NCBI GenBank assembly: GCA_032718475.1
Contig: JAUCBJ010006329.1
Coordinates: 124,001 to 188,000 of the forward strand
Reading direction: 5' to 3'
DNA: 64,000 nucleotides
Origin: Nemertoderma westbladi
Lineage: Eukaryota > Animalia > Xenacoelomorpha
The notes beneath the pieces were generated by a model that was not told the DNA's origin, ran no database searches, and worked only from the letters and a program-made list of their open reading frames with translations. Below, piece by piece: positions 41,201 to 51,300 of this stretch. How positions within the stretch are numbered: position 1 is the first letter of the stretch; each line of letters opens with the position of its first letter. Both the position numbers and the translations under genes were made by a program.

Positions 41201-43246
41201 TGGCAATACGATGAAACTATAATAAAAATTCTAGATCACAACAATATTAACAGGGAGATAGGCTACTTATCTCTTCACTCTGAGAGCCTCAAAAACGGGG
41301 TGTTCCTACGCAATCAAATTTCATCCATCTCCAGGGGAAAGACGAAGCCAATAACAGCTGATTACTTCTATAAATGTAAGTGCTACCTGTTCTTTTGACT
41401 TTCATTTAAGATTCTTTATATTTTGGAGTGGGTTAGAAGTCATGAATATGAAGAACGATGTCGTTTTTTGTAAAAAATCTGAGGATAATTTGATAAATTA
41501 TTGCTGAAAAACCCCAAGGATTTTGACATGGCTTTAATACTTCATTATGTTCATGAAATAGCTGAGAAATTTGAGGTGAGTTTTTGTATTACATATTAAC
41601 TTCGGCTCCAGCCGCTTTGGCAATACGATGAAACTATAATAAATATTCTAGAACACAACAATATTAACAGGGAGATAGGCTACTTATCTCTTCACTCTGA
41701 GAGCCTCAAAAACGGGGTGTTCCGACGCAATCAAATTTAATACATCTCCAGGGGAAAGACGAAGCAAAGAACAGCTGATTACTTCTATAAATGTAAGTGT
41801 TACCTGTTCTTTTGACTTTCATTTAAGATTCGCAACCTCATTGAGCGGGTTAGAAGTGATAAATATGAAGATCGATGTGGTTTTTGAAAAAAATCAAAGG
41901 ATATTTTGGTAAATTATTGCTGAAAAACCCCAAGGATTTTGACATGGCTTTAATACTCATTATATTCATGAAATAGCTGAGATATTTGAGGTGAATTATT
42001 GCATTACATATTAACTTTGGCTCCAGCCGCTTTGGCAATACGATGAAACTATAATAAAAATTCTAGACACAACAATATTAACAGGGAGATAGGCTACTTA
42101 TCTCTTCACTCTGAGAGCCTCAAAAATGGGGTGTTCCGACGCAATCAAATTTAATACATCTCCAGGGGAAAGACGAAGCAAAGAACAGCTGATTACTTCT
42201 ATAAATGTAAGTGTTACCTGTTCTTTTGACTTTCATTTAAGATTCTTTATCTTGTGGAGTGGGTTAGAAGTCATGAATAAGAAAATCGATTTAGTTTTTT
42301 GTAAAAAATCTGAGGATATTTTGATAAATTATTGCTGAAAACCCCCAAGGATTTTGACATGGCTTTAATACTCATAATATTCATGAAATAGCTGAGAAAT
42401 TTGAGGTGAATTATTGTATCACATATTAATTTCGGCTCCAGCCGCTTTGGCAATACGATGAAACTATAATAAATAATTCTACAACAGAACAATATTAACA
42501 GGGAAATAGGCTACTCATCTCTTCACTCTGACAGCCTCAAAAAGGGGGTGTTCCGACGCAATCAAAATTCGGGGAATGACGAAGCAAAGAACAGCTGATT
42601 ACTTCTATAAATGTAAGTGTTACCTGTTCTTTTGACTTTCATTTAAGATTCGCTATCTCGTGGAGAGGATTAGAAGTTATAAATATGAAAATCGATGTGG
42701 TTTTTGAAAAAAATCAGAGGATATTTTGATAAATTATTGCTGAAAAACCCCAAGGATTTTGACATGGCTTTAATACTTCATTATATTCATGAAATAGCTG
42801 AGATATTTGAGGTGAATCATTGTATCACATATTAACTTCGGCTCCAGGCGCTTTGGCAATACGATGAAACTATAATATATATTCTAGAACACAACAATAC
42901 TAACAGGGAGATAGGCTACTTATCTCTTCACTATGAGAGCCTCAAAAAGGGGTGTTCCGACGCAATCAAAATTCATCCATCTCCAGGGGAAAGACGAAGC
43001 AAATAATAGCTGATTACTTCTATAAATGTAAGTGTTACCTGTTCTTTTGACTTTCATTTAAGATTCTTTACCTTGTGGAGTGGGTTAGAAGTCATGAATA
43101 AGAAAATCGATTTCGTTTTTTGTAAAAAATCTGAGGATATTTTGATAAATAATTGCTGAAAAACCCAAAGGATTTTGACATGGCTTTAATACTCATTATA
43201 TTCATGAAATAGCTGAGATATTTGAGGTGAATTATTGCGTTACATA
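35291..43246. repeat. Satellite DNA array, ~415 bp monomer (segment 2, between MITE and full-length LINE)
   Basis: Same monomer resumes in register at TTAATACTCATT after the MITE and runs to ...GCGTTACATA at 43246. Confidence 0.99.
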
Positions 43247-43440
43247 ATCAATAACTAATTAGGTTAACTAAGTAGGCCTACTGCAGTACAACTGTACCGC
43301 AGTACTGCAGTAACTAAGTCTGATAGTTTTATATTTTGTGCTATTTATTTCTTGTAATATTTCAGTGCTTGGGCCGCTTCCGGGCAGCCGGGTTCTCCTC
43401 ATCTCCTCCACTACTGCTGACTGCATACTGATCTATATCT

Positions 43441-44988
43441 ATGCCTGCGCCTGGAGGGAACTGTAGCGGTAGCGGTAATACCGCAGGAGGTGATGCGATT
43501 CGTCCCCGTAGGTCTGGCAGGGGAACTGTTAACGGTAATGGTAAAGAGGGATATTACGACTGTCTGTCTCCATCTGATAATGGAGAGGTAGGCCAAGAGG
43601 TCGACGGCGGAGCTGGTCCTGTAGTTAGTCCTGAGCCTGACTTAATGGATATCAGTACCTGTAATGTGGGAAATGAAGATCTGCCTTGCAGAGGCAGTAC
43701 TGATGGTGCTGCCGACTTACCTGTACCGGTAGTCATAGTAAATTCGTGCTTAGCGTTATTGTTGCAAGGGATGTCCACATCGACTTTCGACGTTACATCC
43801 ACAGTGATTCTTTCAAGGTTTACACCAGAGGAAATACTGGGAGCGAAATTGGAGCTATTTAATAAGGTTGGTTCTTTCGATCGTCAGCTTATACATAGAC
43901 GTGATACAGCTGAAAGGTCTGCAGCATTCGCTAATTTGAAGGATACTTTTCAGTATCTTAGTGAGTTGGATTTGGCTGGTAAGCAGCCAACTATTGCCGT
44001 TCTAGCATTAGATGCATTGAGTTTACCTAAAATAACGTCGTCTTCAATCAACCAGAGTGCCGGGGGCCGTGACGGCGGTGTATCGGAGTTAGAACGTACA
44101 ACTCAGTTGGAACTGGTTAATGATAAGATAGATGACTTACAGAAGTCAGTTGATAATCAATTACGCAGTCTAGAATCACGTTTAATGTCTCAACTTAACA
44201 GAATTTCATGTCCATTTCCTCCACAGCCAGTGGTCTCTGTCCCTTCTGTGTCCGCGATCCCAGTAGGTATCGGGAGGCCTGTCCCGACCGCTACCGGTAT
44301 GCCTTCGATGACATTGGCCCAACCACCGTCACTAAACAGGCAGTTATACAGTAGCTCTGTAACGTCCGGGCAGTCCAATCATCCGCCCAATGCTCCTACC
44401 GGTACATTGAATAGAATTAATTTGTCTCGACGACCATCGCTTACTGCAGTATCGACACCTGGTCGGTCCGGTAGCGCCAAGCGACCACGGGTCGAGTCTG
44501 ATCCAGCGGAGTTAGACGAGGGTTACACGCTCGTGGAAAATCGACGTCGGCGTCGACAACCGTTCGTGGTTGGGACCGCCAACGCTGGGGGTGGCAACGG
44601 AGGGGCTGGTAGCTCCAGGCTATCAGCAGCGCCATGCGACATCTTCATGTTTAGGTGTACTCATTCAACCACGCCTGAGGATATTGTTTCGTGGTTGTCA
44701 AGCCGCAACATTGCAATTGCAGGTGCGGATGTGCAACTTAAATCGAGTTCGCTCGCTCGCACTGCCAGTTTTAAGATTACGGTTAAACAGAACGACCTAG
44801 AAGCGGCCCTCAACCCTACAACGTGGCCTGTGGGTGTCTGCGTTCGTCGGTGGCGCTATTCCTCCAACAACGATGCGGGGCGCCCAGCGGGAGGTAACTT
44901 CAGACCTACTAACTCAACTGAAACTGTCAGGGGCGTGAATAATATCACCGGGGGCGGAGCAGGATCAGTTGCCGACCGTGGGTCGTGA
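43441..44988 (+). CDS. LINE ORF1 protein (515 aa), putative RNA-binding chaperone
   Basis: Uninterrupted ORF upstream of the RT. N-terminal helical domain (NSCLALLLQG...FTPEEILGAKLELF...DALSLPKI), predicted coiled coil (LELVNDKIDDLQKSVDNQLRSLESRL), Pro/Ser linker, basic patch GYTLVENRRRRR, and C-terminal RRM-like segment (DIFMFR...ASFKITV...WPVGVCVRRW) of the kind seen in invertebrate LINE ORF1s. Confidence 0.88.
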   Translation: MPAPGGNCSGSGNTAGGDAIRPRRSGRGTVNGNGKEGYYDCLSPSDNGEVGQEVDGGAGPVVSPEPDLMDISTCNVGNEDLPCRGSTDGAADLPVPVVIVNSCLALLLQGMSTSTFDVTSTVILSRFTPEEILGAKLELFNKVGSFDRQLIHRRDTAERSAAFANLKDTFQYLSELDLAGKQPTIAVLALDALSLPKITSSSINQSAGGRDGGVSELERTTQLELVNDKIDDLQKSVDNQLRSLESRLMSQLNRISCPFPPQPVVSVPSVSAIPVGIGRPVPTATGMPSMTLAQPPSLNRQLYSSSVTSGQSNHPPNAPTGTLNRINLSRRPSLTAVSTPGRSGSAKRPRVESDPAELDEGYTLVENRRRRRQPFVVGTANAGGGNGGAGSSRLSAAPCDIFMFRCTHSTTPEDIVSWLSSRNIAIAGADVQLKSSSLARTASFKITVKQNDLEAALNPTTWPVGVCVRRWRYSSNNDAGRPAGGNFRPTNSTETVRGVNNITGGGAGSVADRGS

Positions 44989-45065
44989 GTCGGGGCGTTT
45001 AATTTTGTTTCATAATTATTTATATTGGATTTGTTTATGTGTTTCTTTAAATATTCTTATTTGAA

Positions 45066-48000
45066 ATGGCTATCCTAAATAACACCACAATAGGAAATTT
45101 TTGTATTTCCTCTATTAACTCGACAGGATTTGCATTAGATAAAATTGAGTTTATTAAATCTCTTCTGCTCGGTTGCCAAATAGTTTGTATACAAGAACAT
45201 TTTTTGTTGGAGCATGGATCTTTAATTTTTAAGCGGAATTTTCCGGATTGTGATTTTGCGTTTTTACCTGCAGTGCACGTATCAAACACAACTAGAGGTC
45301 GACCTAGTGGCGGTTTATGTATTCTTTGGAATAAGAATATCTCAAAGTTTGTATCTGTTGTCAAAACAAACAATTCACGTTTGCAAGCTGTTTCGGTTAA
45401 ATTACCTAATTGTTCATTTTTATTATTAAATACGTATTTTCCTACTGACTTTCAGTCTGCGACTTTTTTGCCGGAAGTTACAGTAAATTTAATTTCCGAC
45501 ATTAAGCAATTATTCGATAATACAGCTAATTCTAATAATATTATATGGACTGGAGATATTAATGCTGATTTTACACGTAGTACTGTTCATGTCCGGGCAG
45601 TTCAGGACTGCCTGGAATATTTAGGACTGCATCGTTTATGGGACCTGTATACGGTAGACTCTACTTATACTCATTGTGTTGATAATCGTTTATATCATTC
45701 CACAATTGATCATTTTTTCATTTCAGACATAATTGCTGATTCTTGTATAGAAGGTGGCGTTTTACATTCAGGTGCAAATCTGTCAAATCACAGCCCGATT
45801 TTTATGAAATTTTTAGCATCAGCACCAGCTAATACATTGGACAGAGAGAATTTTCCTTTGAAACATAATTTTACACGGGCCGACGCTGAACAGAAAAATG
45901 AATTTGTAACTATTTTAAATGACAAATTATCCAACATTGATATGTTTCAAGAGTGCCATATTTGCAGTGATGTATTTTGTGTAGATCCAACGCATTTATT
46001 ATATATTGAATCGTATGCTTTGAAGTTATTAGATAGTGTAGAGGAGGCGTGTCATATCCTTCCTAGTGTTGGGGGTAAAAATGTCAGTAGTTCAAAAAAT
46101 GAAGTGTTACCTGGTTGGAATGACACGGTTAAACCGTATAGAGATGATGCTATTTTCTGGCATCAGAGCTGGTGCAATGCTGGTCGTCCCTCTGCATCAC
46201 AAAGTTCATTATTTAATATACGGTGCAGATCAAGAGCGCAGTATAAATATGCAGTTAGGCGGTTACGACGTAATACAGATACTATAAAACGTGATAAATT
46301 GTTATCGGCTGCCCTTCGGGGGAACACGGACTTATTTAAGGAACTGCGTAATCTTAGATGTAACTCTGACAGGGTGAGCGGATCGATTAATGGGGAAACT
46401 GACAAACCTATTATTGCTGAGAAATTCGCAGAAATATATAAAAAGTTATATAATCAAAATTACAATTCCGATATTGAAGATGTACTCAGTGAAGTTCGCG
46501 ATGTTATAGCGAATAGCCCAGGAATTCTTTCTGAACATTTTTTATCGCCAGACATTATTCATGATGCGCTTCAGCGATTGAAGTCTGGGAAAACAGATGT
46601 TAGTCAGTCATTTGACTCCGGTTGCTTGATATCGGGCGGTCCTGTACTCGAGGAGCATATCAGTCGTTTATTTAATCTCTGTATTGCACATGGTATGGTT
46701 CCACGTACGCTACTATCCATCTCAATTGTTCCCTTGGTTAAAAATAAGCTGGGCGATATTTCCGCCATTGATAATTATAGGGCAATCGCCATATCTTCGC
46801 TCTTGTTGAAAGTTTTCGAATGGGTCATCCTGATCACTCAGAACAACCATTTGGCGCTAGACGACTTACAATTCGGATTTCAAAGTAATTCAAGCACTGT
46901 GTTCTGCTCATGGGCGGCTACAGAAGTAATAGGATATTATCAACGTCATTTGACACCAGTTTTTGGGTGTCTCCTTGACCTTACTAAGGCCTTCGACCTT
47001 GTTGAGTGGGCTAAGCTCTTCCTGGAACTCCTTCGTAAGGGTTTTTCTGCGTTATTACTGCGTTGTTTAATATGGGTTTATACATATCAGTTGTGTTCTG
47101 TTCGCTGGCAAGATGCGAATTCGTCCCAATTTTCTGTTAGTAACGGCGTTAGACAAGGTTCTGTAATCTCGCCCATCTTGTTCTGCGTTGTCCTCAATAT
47201 ACTTATTGAAACTCTCAGGGCTGCCGGAGTCGGTTGTCATATTGGTTCGGTTTTTTATGGAGTGCTAGTTTACGCGGATGACATTTTGCTTCTTAATCCA
47301 TCGGTGGTAGGTTTACAATTTATGGTAAATATATGTCTTACGTTCTGTCGTCGTTACAATCTTCGCCTCAGCACAGACATAGATCCGAATAAAAGTAAAT
47401 CAAAATGTATACCTTTCAATGTTGTCTGGAATCCTCCCAACGTTAAAATTGTTGTTAATGGTCTATACCTACCTTGGGTTCGTGAGGCGCGCCATCTTGG
47501 GAATACTATCGACTTCAAATGTTCAATGTCCATCGATATAAATAGAAAGCGTGGCGAATTCTTTGGGAAGCTGGCTAATCTGAGACAGGAATTTAGTTTC
47601 GCTTCGCCAGGTGTCTTATCCCGTGTGCAACGTCTGTACTGTATGAATTTTTATGGGAGCCCACTGTGGGACTTGTGGTCACCGCAATGCACTCAAGTAC
47701 TTACTACATGGAATAAAAATATTAGGCGGGTTTGGGGATTACCGTTTAATTCTCACCGTTTCATTGTTGAGAATATAGTAGATTTTTGTCATCCTTGGGT
47801 TATGCTTTGTAAACAATTCGTATCTTTTACATTGAGTTTACGTGCTTCTAATAAATTGTGCATTCGCTTATTAGCTAATCTAACGGAATTTGATTGTAGA
47901 ACGAGAACTGGGTTAAATCTAAGGCGCATTGCCAATGTTTGTAATATTGATAATTTATTTAACCTAAATGCTAAATGTGTTTCGTCTGTGTTGGTATATT

Positions 48001-48140
48001 CTAGAACTTCTAGTGATAACTTGTGGCGAATTGGTGTATGTAAGGATCTATGTAATGTACTCGCCGGAGATAATATGTCTGTTGAAGGCTTCTCCAGAGT
48101 AGAGTTACTTGATATAGTGAATTACGTCTCAACTTATTAA
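45066..48140 (+). CDS. LINE ORF2 protein (1024 aa): APE-type endonuclease + reverse transcriptase
   Basis: APE motifs: SINSTGF, CIQEHFL, GRPSGGLCILW, NTYFP, WTGDINAD, TIDHFF, SNHSPI. RT motifs: NYRAIAISSLLLKVFE, QFGFQ, LDLTKAFDLV, GVRQGSVISPILF, YADD (47271-47282), RHLG. No stops or frameshifts. Confidence 0.98.
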   Translation: MAILNNTTIGNFCISSINSTGFALDKIEFIKSLLLGCQIVCIQEHFLLEHGSLIFKRNFPDCDFAFLPAVHVSNTTRGRPSGGLCILWNKNISKFVSVVKTNNSRLQAVSVKLPNCSFLLLNTYFPTDFQSATFLPEVTVNLISDIKQLFDNTANSNNIIWTGDINADFTRSTVHVRAVQDCLEYLGLHRLWDLYTVDSTYTHCVDNRLYHSTIDHFFISDIIADSCIEGGVLHSGANLSNHSPIFMKFLASAPANTLDRENFPLKHNFTRADAEQKNEFVTILNDKLSNIDMFQECHICSDVFCVDPTHLLYIESYALKLLDSVEEACHILPSVGGKNVSSSKNEVLPGWNDTVKPYRDDAIFWHQSWCNAGRPSASQSSLFNIRCRSRAQYKYAVRRLRRNTDTIKRDKLLSAALRGNTDLFKELRNLRCNSDRVSGSINGETDKPIIAEKFAEIYKKLYNQNYNSDIEDVLSEVRDVIANSPGILSEHFLSPDIIHDALQRLKSGKTDVSQSFDSGCLISGGPVLEEHISRLFNLCIAHGMVPRTLLSISIVPLVKNKLGDISAIDNYRAIAISSLLLKVFEWVILITQNNHLALDDLQFGFQSNSSTVFCSWAATEVIGYYQRHLTPVFGCLLDLTKAFDLVEWAKLFLELLRKGFSALLLRCLIWVYTYQLCSVRWQDANSSQFSVSNGVRQGSVISPILFCVVLNILIETLRAAGVGCHIGSVFYGVLVYADDILLLNPSVVGLQFMVNICLTFCRRYNLRLSTDIDPNKSKSKCIPFNVVWNPPNVKIVVNGLYLPWVREARHLGNTIDFKCSMSIDINRKRGEFFGKLANLRQEFSFASPGVLSRVQRLYCMNFYGSPLWDLWSPQCTQVLTTWNKNIRRVWGLPFNSHRFIVENIVDFCHPWVMLCKQFVSFTLSLRASNKLCIRLLANLTEFDCRTRTGLNLRRIANVCNIDNLFNLNAKCVSSVLVYSRTSSDNLWRIGVCKDLCNVLAGDNMSVEGFSRVELLDIVNYVSTY

Positions 48141-48290
48141 GCGTTAATCATTCCTCTTATTAATTTTAGTGGTATTATATTACTTACCTAATATAGACTT
48201 TTGTGCTAGGTTATATAACCATCATTACTTTCATTATTGGTGTACTGTGCATTATTCATATATATATATTTGATTTGCCATGTACGAATA

Positions 48291-48308
48291 TAAATAAATA
48301 AATAAATA
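48291..48308 (+). repeat. (TAAA)n 3' tail of the full-length LINE
   Basis: TAAATAAATAAATAAATA directly abuts the resumed satellite. Confidence 0.9.
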
Positions 48309-51300
48309 TTAACTTTGGCTCCAGCCGCTTTGGCAATACGATGAAACTATAATAAAAATTCTAGATCACAACAATATTAACAGGGAGATAGGCTACTTAT
48401 CTCTTCACTCTGAGAGCCTCAAAAACGGGGTGTTCCTACGCAATCAAATTTCATCCATCACCAGGGGAAAGACGAAGCCAATAACAGCTGATTACTTCTA
48501 TAAATGTAAGTGCTACCTGTTCTTTTGACTTTCATTTAAGATTCTTTATCTTTTGGAGTGGGTTAGAAGTCATGAATATGAAGAACGATGTCGTTTTTTG
48601 TAAAAAATCTGAGGATAATTTGATAAATTATTGCTGAAAAACCCCAAGGATTTTGACATGGCTTTAATACTTCATTATGTTCATGAAATAGCTGAGAAAT
48701 TTGAGGTGAGTTTTTGTATTACATATTAACTTCGGCTCCAGCCGCTTTGGCAATACGATGAAACTATAATAAATATTCTAGAACACAACAATATTAACAG
48801 GGAGATAGGCTACTTATCTCTTCACTCTGAGAGCCTCAAAAACGGGGTGTTCCGACGCAATCAAATTTAATACATCTCCAGGGGAAAGACGAAGCAAAGA
48901 ACAGCTGATTACTTCTATAAATGTAAGTGTTACCTGTTCTTTGGACTTTCATTTAAGATTCGCAACCTCATTGAGTGGGTTAGAAGTGATAAATATGAAG
49001 ATCGATGTGGTTTTTGAAAAAAATCAAAGGATATTTTGGTAAATTATTGCTGAAAAACCCCAAGGATTTTGACATGGCTTTAATACTCATTATATTCATG
49101 AAATAGCTGAGATATTTGAGGTGAATTATTGCATTACATATTAACGTTGGCTCCAGCCGCTTTGGCAATACGATGAAACTATAATAAAAATTCTAGACAC
49201 AACAATATTAACAGGGAGATAGGCTACTTATCTCTTCATTCTGAGAGCCTCAAAAAGTGGGTGTTCCGACGCAATCAAAATTCATCCATCTCCTGGGGAA
49301 AGACGAAGCAAATAACAGCTGATTACTTCTATAAAGGAAAGTGTTACCTGTTCTTATGACTTTCGTTTAAGATTCTCTATCTCGTGGAGTGGATTAGAAG
49401 TGATAAATATGAAAATCGATGTGGTTTTTGAAAAAAATCAGAGGATATTTTGATAAATTATTGCTGAAAAACCCCAAGGATTTTGACATGGCTTTAATAC
49501 TCATTATATTCATGAAATAGCTGAGATATTTGAGGTGAATTATTGCATTACATATTAACTTTGGCTCCAGCCGCTTTGGCAATACGATGAAACTATAATA
49601 AAAATTCTAGACCACAACAATATTAACAGGGAGATAGGCTACTTATCTCTTCATTCTGAGAGCCTCAAAAAGGGGGTGTTCCGACGCAATCAAAATTCAT
49701 CCATCTCCTGGGGAAAGACGAAGCAAATAACAGCTGATTACTTCTATAAAGGAAAGTGTTACCTGTTCTTATGACTTTCGTTTAAGATTCTCTATCTCGT
49801 GGAGTGGATTAGAAGTGATAAATATGAAAATCGATGTGGTTTTTAAAAAAATCAGAGGATATTTTGACAAATTATTGCTGAAAAACCCCAAGGATTTTGA
49901 CATGGCTTTAATACTCATTATATTCATGAAATAGCTGAGATATTTGAGGTGAATTATTGCATTACATATTAACTTTGGCTCCAGCCGCTATGGCAATACG
50001 ATGAAACTATAATAAAAATTCTAGACCACAACAATATTAAAAGGGAGATAGGCTACTTATCTCTTCATTCTGAGAGCCTCAAAAAGGGGGTGTTCCGACG
50101 CAATCAAAATTCATCCATCTCCTGGGGAAAGACGAAGCAAATAACAGCTGATTACTTCTATAAAGGAAAGTGTTACCTGTTCTTATGACTTTCGTTTAAG
50201 ATTGTCGATCTCTTGGATTGGGTTAGAAGTCATGAATATGATAATCGATGTCGTTTTTAGTAAAAAATCAGAGGAGATTTTTATAAATTATTGCTGAAAA
50301 ACACCAAGGATTTTGACAAGGATTTAATACTCATTATATTCATGAAATAGCAGAGATATTTGAGGTGAATTATTGCATTACATATTAACTTTGGCTCCAG
50401 CCGCTTTGGCAATACGATGAAACTATAATAAATATTCTAGAACACAACAATATTAACAGGGAGATAGGCTACTCATCTCTTCACTCTGACAGCCTCAAAA
50501 AGAGGGTGTTCCGACGCAATCAAAATTAATCCATCTCCAGGGGAAAGACGAAGCAGAGAACAGCTGATTACTTCTATAAATGTAAGTGTTACCTGTTCTT
50601 TTGACTTTCATTTAAGATTCGCTATCTCATTGAGTGGGTTAGAAGTTATAAATATAAAAATCGATGTGGTTTTTGAAAAAAATCAAAGGATATTTTGATT
50701 AATTATTGCTGAAAAACACCAAGGATTTTGACATGGCTTTAATACTTCATTAGGTTCATGAAATAGCTGAGATATTTGAGGTGAATTATTGTATTACATA
50801 TTAACTTTGGCTCCAGCCGCTTTGGCAATACGATGAAACTTTAATAATATTCTAGAACACAACAATATTAACATGGAGATAGGCTATTTATCTCTCCACT
50901 CAGACAGCCACAGATAGGGAGGGGTGTTTTGACACAATCAAAATTCAACCATCTCCAGGGGAAAGATGAAGCAAATAACAGCTGATTACTTCTATAAAGG
51001 AAAGTGTTACCTGTTCTTATGACTTTCGTTTAAGATTCTCTATCTCATGGAGTGGATTAGAAGTGATAAATATGAAAATCGATGTGGTTTTTGAAAAAAA
51101 TCAGAGGATATTTTGATAAATTATTGCTGAAAAACCCCAAGGATTTTGACATGGCTTTAATACTCATTATATTCATGAAATAGCTGAGATATTTGAGGTG
51201 AATTATTGCGTTACATATTAACTTTGGCTCCAGCCGCTTTGGCAATACGATGAAACTATAATAAAAATTCTAGACCACAACAATATTAACAGGGAGATAG

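Larger units (their letters stand above)
43247..48308 (+). mobile_element. Apparently full-length non-LTR retrotransposon (LINE), 5062 bp, two intact ORFs; clade uncertain (tentatively Proto2/RTE-X-like)
   Basis: 194-bp 5' region, ORF1, 77-bp T-rich spacer, ORF2 (APE+RT), ~150-bp 3' UTR and (TAAA)n tail. Inserted at GCGTTACATA^TTAACTTTGG with at most a 3-bp ATA duplication or microhomology. Empty site at 56615/56616. The clade guess is from recalled motif style, not a search. Confidence 0.96.

Noticed and set aside
43411-46405. Short ORFs overlapping LINE ORF1/ORF2 in other frames or antisense
   Set aside because: Shadow ORFs of 61-108 aa with no motifs, expected by chance in long coding regions.
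48209-48270. GGTTATATAACC palindrome and short (AT)n in the LINE 3' UTR as separate elements
   Set aside because: Too short and AT-rich to distinguish from chance without other copies for comparison.
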